Shown: one piece after another, positions 36,175 to 49,550 of the stretch
Layout of the letters: each line of letters opens with the position of its first letter
How positions within the stretch are numbered: the first letter of the stretch is position 1
NCBI RefSeq assembly: GCF_030684315.1
Contig: NC_081362.1
Coordinates: 95,773,187 to 95,837,186 of the forward strand
DNA from: Stegostoma tigrinum
Lineage: Eukaryota
DNA length: 64,000 nucleotides
Direction: 5' to 3'
Notes under the pieces: model-generated
What the model was told of the DNA's origin: nothing
The model's database searches: none
Seen by the model: the letters and a program-made list of their open reading frames with translations, nothing else
Made by a program: the position numbers and the translations under genes

Positions 36175-39010
36175 TTTTCGTTTGTGGGATGTGGGTCTCG
36201 CTGGCTGGCCAGCATTTATTGCCCGTCCCTAGTTGTCCTTGAGAAGGTGTTGGTGAGCTGCTTTTGTGAACTGCTCCAGCTGTCCAGCTGTAGGTTGCCT
36301 CCAATGTCCTTAAGGGGGAATTCCAGGATTCTGACCCAGCAACAGTGAAGGAATGGCCATATATCTCCAAGTCAGGATGGTGGAGACTTGGAGGGTAATT
36401 TGTAGGGCGTGCTTTTCCAATTTATCTGCCTCTCTGGTCCTTCTAGATGGAAAGTGGTCATGGGTTTGGAAGATGCTATCTGAGGATCTTTGTGAATTTC
36501 TGCCGTGCATCTTGTAGGTAGTACACACTGCTGCTGCTAAGCTTCGGTGGTGGAGAGAGTGTATACTTGTGGGTCTAGTGCCAATCAAGTGGGCAGCTCT
36601 GTCCTGGATGATGTCAAATGTCTTTAGTGTTGTTGGAGATGCACCCATCCAGACAAATGGAAAGAATTCCATCACATTCCTGACTTGTGCCTTGTAGATG
36701 GTGGACAGGAATTGGGGGAGTCAGGAGTGAGTTACTTGCTGCAGTATTCCTTGCCTCTGACCTGCTATAGTAGTCACTATGTATTTATAGCAAGTCCAGT
36801 TGAGTTTCTGGTCAATGATAATCCCCAGGATGTTGATAGTGGGAGATTCAGTGATGGTAACACCATTGAAGGTCAAGGGGCAGTGGTTAGATTGTCTGTT
36901 ATTGGTGATGGTTACAGCCTGGCATTTGTGTGACACGACTGTTACTTTCTGCCACTTGTCAACCCAATTATGGATTTGTTCAGATCTTGTTACATTTGAA
37001 CATGTACTGCACCAGTATATGAGGAATGCTGCTGAACTTTGTATAAGCATCAGTGAACGTCCCTACTTCTGACCTTATGATGGAGGGAAGGCCTTTGTTG
37101 ATGCCACTGAAGATGGTTGGGCCTAGAACCCAAGGATCTCATGCAGAGATGACCTGGAGCTGAGATGATTGACCTCCAACAACCATGACAATCTCCTTAT
37201 CTGGCAGGCAACCACTGGAGGGTTTGCCCCTGATACCCATTAATTCCAGTTTTGCTAGGGATCCTTCGTACTAAGGGCTGTCACTCTCAGCTCACCCTCT
37301 GGAATTCAGCTCTTTTGTCCATGTTTGAACCGAGGCTGTAATGAGGTCAGGAGCTGAGTGGCCCTGGTGGAACCCAAACTGGGTGTCACTGAGCAGGTTA
37401 TTTCTGTGCAGGTGCTGCTTGATAGCACTGACACCTTCTATCACTTTCCTGCTGATTGGCTGGATTGGATTTGCCCTGTTTTATGTGTACAGGGCATACC
37501 TGGGCAATTTTTCGTATTTTGTTTGGTAGATACCAGTGTTGTTGTTGTACTGGAACATCTTGGCTTAGGTGAGCAGTACCTTCTGGAGCACAAGTCTTCA
37601 GTGCTATTGCCGGAATATTGTCAGGGCCGGTAGCCTTTGCACTATCCAGTGTCTCTAACTGTTTCTTGATACCACATGGAGTGAATGGAATTGGCTGAAG
37701 ACTGGTCTCTGTCTTGCTGGGGACCACTGGAGGAGGCCGAGATGGATCATCCATTCGGCACTTCTGGCTGAAAATTGCTGCAAATGCTTCAGCCTTATCT
37801 TTTGCACTGATGTGCTGGGATCTTTCATCATTGAGGAAGGGGACATTTGTGCAGCTTCCTCCTCCATTGAGTTGTTGAATTGCTCCCCCATGATTCAAAA
37901 TTGGATGGAGCAGGACTACAGAGCTGAGATCTGATCTAATAAAATGTGAGGCTGGATGAACACAGCAGGCCAAGCAGCATCTCAGGAGCACAGATGCTGC
38001 TTGGCCTGCTGTGTTCATCCAGCCTCACATTTTATTATCTTGGAATCTCCAGCATCTGCAGTTCCCATTATCTCTGAGATCTGATCTGTTTGGTTGTGGG
38101 ATCGCTTAGCTCTGTCTATCACTTGTTGCTTTTGCTGTTTGGTGTGCAGGTAGTCCTGTTTGGTGCTTCACCCGATTGACACCTCATCTTCACGTATACC
38201 TGGTGCTGTTCCTGGCGTGGCCTCCTACGCTCTCCATTGAATCAGTCTTGATCCCCCGGCTTGATGGTAATGGTTGAGTGGAGGATATGCTGGACCATGA
38301 GGTTACAGATTGTGCTGGAGTACAATTCTGCCATTGTTGATGACCCACAGCACCTCATGGATGCCCAGTCCTCAGTTGCTAGATCTGTGTGAAGTCTGTC
38401 CCATTCAGCACAGTGACAGTCCCACACAATACATTGGAGGGTGTTCTCAGTGTGAAGGTAGGACTTTGTCCCCACAAGGACTGTGCGATGGTCGCCCTTC
38501 CCGATACTGTCATGTACAGATGCATCTGTAGCCAGCAGATTAGTAAGGTTTGCGGTCAAGTATGTTTGTCCCTCTTGTTAGTTCCCTCACCATCTGCCGC
38601 AGACCCAGTCTAGCAGCTTTATCCTTTAGGACCCGACCGACTCGATCTGTAGTACTGCTGCTGAGCCATTCTTGGTGGTGGACATTGAAATCTCCTACCC
38701 AGTGGATATTTTGTGCCCTTGCCATTCTCAGTGTGTCCTCTAAGTGTTGTTCGATATTGAGGAATACTGATTCATCAGCTGAGGGAAGACGGTACGTGGT
38801 AATCAGCAGGAGGTTTCTTTGCCCATGTTTAACCTGAGGCCAAGAAATTTCATGGGGTCAAGAGTCAATATTTAGGACTCCCAGAGCAGCTCCTTCCTGA
38901 CAGTATACCACGGTGCTGCCACCTCTGCTGGGTCTGTCCTGCTGGTGGGACAGGACATATCCAGGGATGGTGATGGTGATGTCTGGGTCATTGTCTGTAA
39001 GGTATGATTG
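36175..39010 (-). mobile_element. CR1/L2-clade LINE (APE endonuclease + RT), decayed, interrupted by a Penelope palindrome
   Basis: WVGDFNVHH, DHRTVLV, KATGPDNIP and LGIIIDQKLNW motifs. Insertion at 37938-38073 has a 14-bp TSD ctgagatctgatct. Confidence 0.85.
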
Positions 39011-39014
39011 TCTG

Positions 39015-39370
39015 GGGAGTCGATGGCCTAGTGGTATTATTGCTGGGCTGTTAATCCAGAGACTCAGATAATGTCCTGGGGATGTTGGTTCAAATTCTGC
39101 CGCGGCAGATGGTGGAATTGAATTCCATAAATATCTGGAATTAAGAGTCTAATGATGACCGTGAATCCATTCTTGATTGTTGGAAAATCCATCTGCTTCA
39201 TGAATGTCTTTTAGGGAAGGAAACTGCTATCCTTACCTGGTCTGGCCTGCATGTGACTCCAGATCCCACAGCAATGTGGTTGACTCTTAACTGCCCTCTG
39301 GGCAATTAGGGATCGACAATAAATGCTGCCTGGTCAGTGATGGCCTCATCCCATGAATGAATAAAGAAAA
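39015..39370 (+). mobile_element. Deu-domain (SacSINE1-like) SINE, near full length
   Basis: tRNA-like head (tggcctagtgg...ggttcaaattc), central ccttacctggtctggcctgcatgtgactccaga domain, A-rich tail. Related copies at 29175-29400(-), 39690-39990(-) and 42760-43080(+). Confidence 0.75.
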
Positions 39371-40677
39371 CAAAGATTCTGTGAGTTCGACTAGTCAGGC
39401 TGTTGCTTAACAAGTCTAAGGTTCTAGGCCAGAAACGTTAGCTTTTGTGCTCCTAAGATGCTGCTTGGCCTGCTGTGTTCATCCAGCCCCACACTTTATT
39501 ATCCCAGATTCTCCAGCATCTGCAGTTTCCATTATCTGTGAGACAGTTCTCCCAGTTTTGGCGTGAGCCTCCAATGTAAGTGAGGAGGACTTTGCCAGAT
39601 TGACAGGGCTGTTTCTGCTGTTGTCTTAACGGGTGCCTGGGTCGATGCCAAGTGATCCATTCGGTTTCATTTCTTTGAGACTTTGTAGCAATTAGTACAA
39701 GTGAATGACTTGCTAGGCCATTTCAGAGGGCAGTTGAGAGTCAACCACATGCTGTGGGCTTGGAATCATGTATAGACCAGACTAGGTGATGGTGGCAGAT
39801 TTCATTCCCTGAAGGACATTATTGAACCAGATGTGCTTTTCCGGACAATCGACAATGGCTTCATGATCATCAATAGAATTTTAATTCCAGGTTTATTTTT
39901 ATTGAATTCAGATTCCACTCTCTGCCATAGCAGGATCTGAATCTGCCCCCACAGAACATTATCTGGCTATCGAGATTAATAGTCTGGTGATTACGGAATT
40001 AAGCCATCCCCATCTCCACTTTAACTGTCACCTTACCACCTGCCCACCTGTCCTTGAAGGGCATATAAATGGGAGTTGCTCGTTTAACTCCCTTTCAGTT
40101 TTGAATTTCTTAATTTTAAAACTAACAAATGACATTGCTTTATTTCAAATGGTTAGTTTATTACTCTACTATTGAAAGATTCTAAATTTACAAAGTGTGA
40201 TGAAGTTAATTACAAAAAAAGTGCAAAGACTAAATACATGTAGATTAAAAATAAAGATGAAAATAGAGTCAATGTGTTATCATTGCAACTTATTATTTAC
40301 TTGAAGATTCTCTTTTCAAGGTATTGTAATCCTGAATTCAGAAATCAGCTCCTCTGATGGCTTCTGTAGTTGAATAACCACACGTTGTTGGTACAGGAGG
40401 TCTCAGTGAAGTGAGCTTTCACACAGAGAGAGAGAGAGATAAACAAGAAGAGATCTTTCATTCCCCACTAGTTCTGTGGTTACAGCACTTGCAGATTGTC
40501 ATGACTCTTTTTGACAGAAGCAGAGTTTTATTTCTGTAAGCCTTTTTCCTTCAGCTTTCTTTGGCTGAGAACTCTCTCTCTCTCTCAGGAGATGACTCCC
40601 AGAGAGATTCCAGAGATATTCTGTTTAAAATCGTGTCTCACAGCCTGTCTTCTCATCACAGGCTGTGATACTAGATT

Positions 40678-41630
40678 CTGCCTTGGGAGCTGACAGCCCA
40701 ATGGCCTAAATGTGGACTTTACCAGTTTCAAAATCTCCTCATCACTCCCTGGTCTTATCCCACGACCAACCCTCCATCTCATTCCCTCTTCCTTGATCTG
40801 ACACAACCTGTCCATCTTCTCTTCCATCCATCCGCTCCTCCCACCTCACTGACCTTTCTTCAGCACTGCCTACCTGCAATCACCCATCACCACCCCACCT
40901 ACCTTCCCCAGCCGCACCCCTCCTGTCTCTATTTATTTCAGAGCTCCCTTCCCCCTCCACCATCTCTGAAGAAGGGTCCCGACTTCAAACGGTAGCTTTC
41001 CTGCTCAGCTGATGCTGCTTGGCCTGCTGTGTTCCTCCAGCTCCACACTGTGTTACCTCTGACTCCAGCATCGGCAGTTCTTACAATCTCTGGCTCTGAA
41101 ACTACCTTTGATGGATCATTGTTACACAAAACAAAGGCGCTTATTACTTGAGATAATGGGAACTGCAGATGCTGGAGAATCTGCGATAATAAGGTGTGAA
41201 GCTGGATGAACACAGCAGGCCAAGCAACATCTTAGGAGCAGGATGGCTGACATTTCGGGCCTAGACCCTTCATCTGAAATGGGGGAGGGGAAGAGGTTTC
41301 TGAAATAAATAGGGAGAGGGGGGAATGCAGATCAAAGGTGCACAGAGGAAAAGATAGGTGGAGAAGAAACAGACAAGTTAAAGAGGTGGGGATGGAGCCT
41401 GTTGAGATGATTGTAGATAGGGAGGTAGGGAGGGGATAGATCAGTGCGGGGAGGACGGACAGGTCAAAGGGGCGGGATGAGGTTAGTAGGTAGGAAATGG
41501 GGGTGGGGCTTGAGGTGGGAGGAGGGGATAGGTGAGAGGAAGAACAGGTTAAGGAGGCAGGGACGAGCTGGACTGGTTTTGGGATGCAGTGGGGGGAGGG
41601 GAGATTTTGAAGCTCGTGAAATCCACATTA
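40678..41630. mobile_element. Two Penelope 3' terminal repeats in opposite orientation
   Basis: Plus arm 40678-41090 and minus arm 41150-41630, each with a hammerhead-like motif. Confidence 0.8.
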
Positions 41631-43579
41631 CTTGATTTCCCTGTCATTTCCTTCCAAGTTCCTGTTGCCTCAGAAGCTGAGAATGCTTACACTTTTAGAA
41701 GGGCCCACTGTGTGGTCTCTGAATTGTTATTCAAATCTGTCTGCCTTTCAGGTTGTGATCTATCAACAGTGAGAGTCATGGGAACTTCTGGGAGCCCAGA
41801 CTTCACTTTTACCTCCCAGGATTTTGTTTTCCTTTTCAATAAATGAAATATTATAATTACCCATTGGAGACATTAACTGCCTACCATATCACCTTCAGAC
41901 CACCCTGCCAATCACTCCCCTGCCACACTGACACCCTCCCAAGTTACAGCCGTCCCTTCCTGTCACCTCGCCCAGATACCCCCTCCCAGCAGCAGTTTGG
42001 AATGAACTCTCTTGGTTTGTTTTTCCATGACATCTCCAGAAGCAAGAAGAACTTTGCAATGCTTTGAGTTGGCTTTTGTTCCAAACTCACACTGAACCAA
42101 CCTCTGTACTGTACAGATCCACAGACTCAGGCCAGTCACAGACGGAAATCTGTGCTAACTTGGTGGCTCCAATTGTACTGCTGCCTGGCAACGTGGCAGA
42201 GAAACAAGAGTGTTGCTAAGTGTTAGTGAATACCAACGAGCAGCTTGGCCAACACTGTGAGCAACAGTTGGTGAAGAGGAAGAAAGACCCTCTGTGTGTT
42301 TAACAAGCCACGTGCTCACTGAATACAATGGCACTGGAATCTGCTGAGATTGAATGTAGGAGTTTCCCAGGACTGAGTTTCATTCAGTGTCACAGACGCA
42401 ACTTCTCCTGAGAACATTCATAATCACATAATTGTTACAGCTCTGAAGGAGGCCATTCAGTCCATGGTCTGTGCATGGGCTCATTGAATGAGCAAAACAC
42501 ACTGGGCCACTGTCTCTCCTTCTCCTCAGATCGCTGCACCTTCTTCCTGTTTCAGGTAATAATCCAGTGCTCCCCAGTGCACCCTCATATTTCCCCTACC
42601 CCCATCTCCCCCTCACACACAGACACACACACACACAGAAGCACACAACCATACACACTGTCTCTCACACACACACAGTCTCACACTGTCTCTGTCTCAC
42701 TCACACACACACACACAGACAGAAGCACACGAACAGTCACACACAAACACACACGGAATTATTGCTGGACTGTTAATCCAGACATCCAGGTAACATCCTG
42801 TGGACCCTGGGTTCGAATCCAGACATGGCAGATAGTCGAACTTGAATTCATGAATTTCGGAATTAAGAATCTAATGATGACTATGAATCCACTGCTGATT
42901 GTTGGGGAAAAAGCCACCTGGTTCACTAATGTCCTTTAGGGAAGGACACTGCCTACATGTGACTCCAGACTCACAGCAATGTGGTGGATTCTTAACTTAC
43001 CTCTGGGCAATTAGGAATGGGCAATATATGTTGCCCAGCCAGTGATGCCCTTATTGCATGAATGCATAAAGGAAAAAAAAATTATCTCTCAGACACTTTG
43101 TCTCCCTCTCACTCGGGCACATACAATCCTTCCTTTAATGGAAACAGATGCTCCTGACCTACTCAGCCCAGGCCCCTCATAATTTTGAATATTCGACGGA
43201 ACATCCTCTCACCTTCTCTGCTAGAAGGGAAACAGCCCCACAGTCTCCAAGTAATCACCATCACCGAGGTTCCTTAACCCGCGAAGCATTCCCACCAATC
43301 TCCCCAACATCTTCACACAACACAAAGGGTACAGACCTGGAACTGGACAGAACTGTAGATGTTTTTCCAGCAGAAAAGGGCATGGTGGCAGTGAAGAGCG
43401 GGCACCACAGGATTCACTGCCAGGGCCCAGCAATTCACAATATGTGTTAATGATTTTGATGAAGGAAACTAAATGACATATCTCCAAATTTGCACATGAC
43501 ACAAAACTGCATGGGAGGGTGAGCTGTGAGGAGATGTAGAGATGCTGCAATGTAGATAAATGTGTAGCAGATAGAATCA

Positions 43580-45050
43580 TTGAGACGTATAGCATAGTAA
43601 CAGACCCTTCAGTCTAACTCGTCCGCCAGATATCATAAACTAATCTAGTCCCATTTGCTAGCAATTGGCTTATCTTCCTCTAAACTCTTCCTATTCATGT
43701 ACCCACCGAAATACCTTTTAAATATTGTAATTGCACCAGGCTCCACCATTTCCTATGGCAGCTCATCCCAAGCACGCACCACCCTCTGCATGAAAAAGTT
43801 GCCTCTTTGTTTCCTTTAAATCTTTCCCCTCTCACCTTAAACCTATACCATCTAGTTTTGGCCTCCTCTAGCCTGAGAGAAAGACCTTGGTTATTCACCG
43901 TACGTATACCCCTCATGATTTTACAAACCTCTGTAAGGTCACCCCTCAGCCTCCATTGCTCCAGGGAAGATAGCCCCAACCTATTCAGTCTCTCCCTACA
44001 GGTCAAACCTCCCAACCCTGTCAAGATCCTTGTAAATCTTTTCTGAACCCTTTCAAGTTTCACAGCATCCTTCCAATAGCAGGGAGACAAAAGTTGTCCA
44101 CGGTATTCCAATAGTTGCTTAACCAATGTCCCATACAGCCACAATATGACCTCCCAACTTCTATACTCAATGCACTGGCCAATAAAGGCAAAAGTGTCAA
44201 ATGCTTTCTTCATCACCCTGTCTACCTGTGAATCCACTTTCAGGGAACTATGCACCTGCACTCTTAGGTCCCTCTGTTTGCAACAATAGTGTAGAAAAAT
44301 GTGAAGTTATCCACTTTGGTAGCAAAGATTGGAAGGATGATTATTATTTTAGTGAGAATAAATTGAGAGAAGAGAACGATCATTAAGACTTAGGTGTACT
44401 TGTGCACCAGTCACTGAATGAAAGTGTGCACGTGCAGCAGGCAATAAAGAAGGTACAACATATGTTGGTCTTCACAGTGGGAGTGTTTGAGTATACCAAC
44501 AGGGATGTCTTGCTGATATTAGACAGGACAGTGGTGAGACCACACCTGGAACCTTTTGACCAGTTTTGGTCTCCTTAACTGAGGAGGGATGTTCTTGCTG
44601 CAGACGGAGCACAGCAAATGTTGACCTGATCGATTCCTGGAATGGCAGGACTAACACATCAGAAGAGATTGAGTCAACTGAAATTGGATTCACTGGAGGT
44701 TAGGAGATTGAGGGAGAATTTACAGAAACCTGTATAATTCTAACAGGATTAGACAGGTTAGATGCAAGAAGGATGGCGGGGGAGTCCAGAACCAGCAGCC
44801 ATAGTTTCAAGGTTTGGGGGAAACCATTTTAGGACTGAAATGAGGGGCAATACCTTCACCCAGACAGTGGTGAGCCTGTGAAATATATTACTACAAATAT
44901 AGCTCTTGTGGCTAAAGGTATCAAGGGCTGGGGAGAGGGTGGGGATAAGGGTACTAAGCCCGATGATCAGCCATGATTATACTGAATGGTGATGCAGGCA
45001 CGAGGTGTTGAATGGCCTACTCCTGCCTCTATCTTCTATGTTTCAATGTA
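43580..45050. mobile_element. Two CR1 3' fragments back to back (- 43580-44285, + 44290-45050)
   Basis: CR1 C-terminal motifs on both strands. Confidence 0.85.
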
Positions 45051-45757
45051 TCCATGTTTTGTTGTTTCCATGTATTTATTTTTGATGATCCTTTATTTCT
45101 ATCTCTCTAAATTTGTATGTATCAATGATTCTGTTTCAATGTATACATCTATGTAACCATGTTTTCTATGTATCCATGTATCTACTTATATCTGTTTCAA
45201 TGTATCTATGTTTCCACGTTTCCATGTATCTCTGTTTCAGTGCTACATAAATGCCTTTGATATGAAGAAGAAGAAACATGCTTAACACAATCTCTCTGCC
45301 ATATGGGTCCAGGCAAGCAAAGAGTTGTCTGGGGCCTGGAATGGGCATCAGGGCCTTTGCATGGGTGAGGTGACCTATCTGGTGCTCTATTGTAAGACTG
45401 GGATGCCCTGAGTTAACCAGTCTTTGCAGTGGTGAGGGAAAGTGCTGCGAAAAGCCCCCAAAGGGCAGTTGTTATCGACCACTGCTTTCAGTAATTTAGA
45501 AGGTAAGTTTTAAAAATACACTTCACTGAAGGTGGAACTGGGAGGTGTGCTTGGCCAATCTTTAACATTACCACACCTGCACTAAAACCCATTACGGACT
45601 GTCCCTCTCATCCATTCCTACCCATTCCCCCTCAGTGATCCAGCGGTGATCACTGTAACCAGTGACTCAAACATGTTGGTTCCAGAGGTCACCCAGGCAT
45701 ACATAGAACATGACTTTAATAGATGACACTAGAAATGTGCTCTCAATTGCGATTCAG

Positions 45758-45759
<2 letters not shown>

Positions 45760-45799
<40 letters not shown>

Positions 45800-46100
45800 G
45801 CGTGCGCTCACGTGAGAAACAGTATGTGAGTGAGTGTGTGAGAAACAGTATGTGAGTGAGTGTGTGTGTGAGAGAGAGAAACCGAGTATGTGAGTGAGTG
45901 AGTTTGTGTGTGTGTGAGAGAGAGAGAGCAAGTGTGTATGTGTGTGAGCACGTGTATGTGAGAGAGAGCAAGAGTGCATGTGTGTGTGTGACTGAGAGCC
46001 AATGTGTGTGTGTTTGTGTATGTGAGAGTGAGAGAGAGAGAGAGAGAGAGAGAATGTACATGTGGGTGAGAGGGGGTGTATGCGACAAGGTGTGTGTGAA
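45760..46100. repeat. GT/GA-rich simple repeat
   Basis: Direct inspection. Confidence 0.95.
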
Positions 46101-46426
46101 AGACAGTTAGTGCTGTGGGTGGCGGAATGTTGAAATGAGTTGACTAAATGAATACCGAGTGAAGGTGGCTCAATTTAAGCTCAGAAATAGATCAACCACA
46201 TTGAAATGGGATGGGTTTTATATACATTTATTTCAAAAAAGGACAGAAAAGAGCAAGGTGAGTAGAACAGTCACTTTGAAGTTTCAGCTTAAGCATAATG
46301 GACAGTATGGCCTGCTGTTTCAATGACCTACTTCAGTTGCTATGTTCATCTGCAGCTGATCTACCTGGTTATTATTCCATAATCACATCTCTTTTCACTC
46401 TGATTAAGAAATATTTTAAATGAAGG

Positions 46427-46932
46427 TTACATATAACTGGCAATATCTGAAAGGTTAGGTTCCTGCAGTTTGGGAAGCATAATTCTCACACCCTCGATGA
46501 CCTTGTGGATCTGTGAGCCAGTCATCAGGAGCTCAGTCCCTGGGCCTTGCAGCTGAGCTTGTGCACAGGTCTCTCTTACAAATGGGATCAGGGGAACCAT
46601 GCTGTACATGTGCTGGGCCTGAGCCTTCAATGCACTCACTCGCCCATGTAGAGCTGACAGGTGCTGGTGGCAGCGCTTGAGTTTACATTGCACATTGGCC
46701 AATGCACCACGGGATCTTTTGATCTTTAGTAACTCTGCCTTCACCACACTCAGGCTCTCTGCTGTCTCTTCCCTTTTCTTCTCCAACTCTGGGAACTGAC
46801 TGTTGAGTTTCTCCATTTCCTCTTCATCCTTTGTGATGTTTGCTTTCACATGAGAGAGATCCTCCAAAGCTATGTCCACTTCAGACTTCCTGTACAGTCG
46901 CTCCTTCTCAAAGGCAACTGCCATTGGGATCC
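46427..46932 (-). CDS. Uncharacterised coiled-coil protein, coding exon 2 (spliced product 326 aa)
   Basis: Acceptor ttttccctccag is phase-compatible with exon 1. Reads GIPMAVAFEKERL, then coiled coil, to TAA at 46427. Minus-strand AATAAA at 46227-46232. Confidence 0.8.
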
Positions 46933-47659
46933 CTGGAGGGAAAATCAAAGACATAACCCTCAGGATAATGTGACAGACAAGTTCTCCACTGTAAAATGCC
47001 CAACACTGTCCCTCTTACCCATCCCAACCAGCACCTTCTAACCCCAGTGAGACTCAATCAATAAATTTCTACTCAAAACTGACAATGCACTCTGATGTAT
47101 CACACATTTCCAAACCCAGAAGTTCTTCAAAAGCTCAGGGAGGACCTGATCAATCCCATCAAAAGCTTATCAGTTCTGTCTGTGTTGAATTCCACAAGAA
47201 CCCCACATAACATGAAATTTAAGAATCTTGAACTGGTCTATAAGTTCTTCTCTGTGTTTTGAACATATATGCTTATGGACTGTGAGATTGCATGTGGTAA
47301 TGACTTTAAAAAAATCTATTTTTGTGATGTTAATCATCGGGTAAATATGAGCCAGTACACCAGGATGATCATCCGGAATAGTTTGTGAACAAGTCCCATG
47401 GGGCCTCCTGTACATATACCCCCTTACATAGTGAAACATTACAGGGTGCTTCATCACAGGAGAGGCCTAACGTCAAACCACATTGGGAGGAATAAGATCA
47501 AAGGTTTTGTCATTTTTAGAAGAGTCATTTGACTCAAAATATTAAGACTTCTCTGGAGACAGATGCTGCCAGTCCTGCTGGGTTTCTGAACACATTAAAA
47601 ATAGGTTTTAAGGAGTACTTTAAGGATGGTTAAAGATAGCAAGGTGGAGAGGTCTAGGG

Positions 47660-49050
47660 GGGACTTTGAGAAAGTAACAAGGGAATTGATAAAGGTGGAC
47701 CAGTAGACGTAATATACTTGGATTTCCAAAAGTCATTTGTCAAATTACCACACGTTATGCTGTGTAATAAGATATAGCCCATGGTGTTGAGGGTAGTATA
47801 TTTGATAGGGGATTGGCTAATGAATAGAAGAGAGAGAGATGAGGTAAAAGGGGTTTTTCAAGATGACAACCTGTAACTAGTGGAGTGCCACAGGGATTAA
47901 TGCTCGGATCACCATTATTTATAATATACATCAATGACTTGGCTGAGGAAAGGGAATATATTGTAGCCCAGTTTATAAGAGACACAAAAATAGGTGGGAT
48001 AGCAAGGTTTAATTTCTCCTCGAAGTTGCATGGCTCTGATATTCCAAGCAAAGCCTTAGCATCAGCAAATCAACCATGGGATTGACTGGCAGTTCCAGAA
48101 GTTGCTGTCACAGTCAGACCTTAGAGAGACCTGTGCAGCTGGTAAGAACATTAGAGGAAACGCCGGTGAGGATGAAAAGGGATAGGGACAGTTAATTGAT
48201 AAGAATCTGACGAATCAAATATGACATGGGAAAATATAAGGCAATGTATTTTGACAGGAAGATTAGAGGAACTAAATATTATTTAAATGTGGAAAGACTG
48301 CAGGAAGTTTCAGAGCAGAGGGATCTGATGGACCTCATGCCTCACTCATAGAAAGCTGGCATCCACGTTTTGTGGGCAAATGGAGAACTGGCCTGTATTT
48401 CAAACGGAATGGAGTATAAATATAGGGAGGTCTTGCTAAATACATACAAGGCACGAGTTCGACGACACCTTGTATACTGTGAACAGTTTTGAGTCCCTTA
48501 TATTAAGGAAAGGTATACTGGCATTGAAGGCAGTCCAGAGAAGGTTCATTAGGTTCATTTCAGGTATGGAGAGGTTGAGAATATCTGGAGAGGTTGAGAA
48601 TATTGTGTGTGTATTCAATGGAGATTAGAATGATGAGAGGCAACCTTATTGAAACATACAGGATTCTTGGTGGGGGTGGGGGGGGCTTGATGGGAGAGAT
48701 GTGGAAAGTTTGTTTCAAAGAACAAAGAACAAAGAAACCTACAGCACAGGAACAGGCCCTCTGTTTCTTCTTGTGGGAGAGTCTAGGACCAGAGTGTGTC
48801 ATCTCAGAATAAGGGGTTACAAATTTAAAGCAGAGAGGAGGAGGAATTTCTTCTCTCAGAGGGTAGTGAATCCAAAGAATTCTCTACCGTAGATAGTTAT
48901 TGAAGTTGGGTTGTTAAGTATAAGGTTTTTAATCAGTATATGAATCGAGGGTGATGGGGAAAAAGCAGGGAAATAGAGTTGAGGATTATCAGAGCAGCCA
49001 TGATCTCATTGAATGGCAGAGCAGACTTGGGCTGAATGGCCTGATTCTCC
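47660..49050 (+). mobile_element. CR1 LINE RT fragment in the intron of the coiled-coil gene
   Basis: YLDFQK and [21 protein letters not shown] motifs; interrupted at ~48010-48165 by non-CR1 sequence. Confidence 0.85.
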
Positions 49051-49550
49051 TGCAGGATATGGTCCTCTGGAAATTTCAGAGCATGGGGCCCAGACAGCTG
49101 AAAGCATGGTCACGAGTGATGGAGTGACTGAAATAGGGGATGCGCAAGGCTAGAATTAGAAAGGTGCAGAGATTGTAGAGGATTGTGGGGTTGTACGACA
49201 TAACAGTGAATAAGAGGGTGAGGCCATAGAGGGGTTTAAACATTGGACTGAGAATTTTAAAAATGAGTTGTTGTTTCTTGAGAAGCGAATGTAGGTCAGT
49301 GAGCCCAGGGATGAATAGTGGCAGAGCTTGGTTTGCACTGGGATAGTAGCAGCAGAATTGTACATGAATTAATTCAGATCCCCGGAGAATTGAAGTTGGA
49401 AGATGGTGACGAGTGGGATGGAATAATTAATGTCTGACATCACAATGGTTTTCATCATCTGAGGTGGGAGGCAGGAGCTGGGCGATGGTGTGGATGTTAT
49501 GGTCAGTCTTTGTAAAAATCAATACTTTATTCTCCTGATAAACATCTTAC

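Noticed and set aside
16490-39010. Minus-strand bias of LINE fragments as proof of a piRNA cluster
   Set aside because: The bias is only partial, with many + copies elsewhere, and is equally expected inside any + strand transcription unit. Small RNA data are required.
47170-47457. 95-aa minus-strand ORF in intron
   Set aside because: No recognisable domain, and exons 1 and 2 of the host gene already splice in frame without it.
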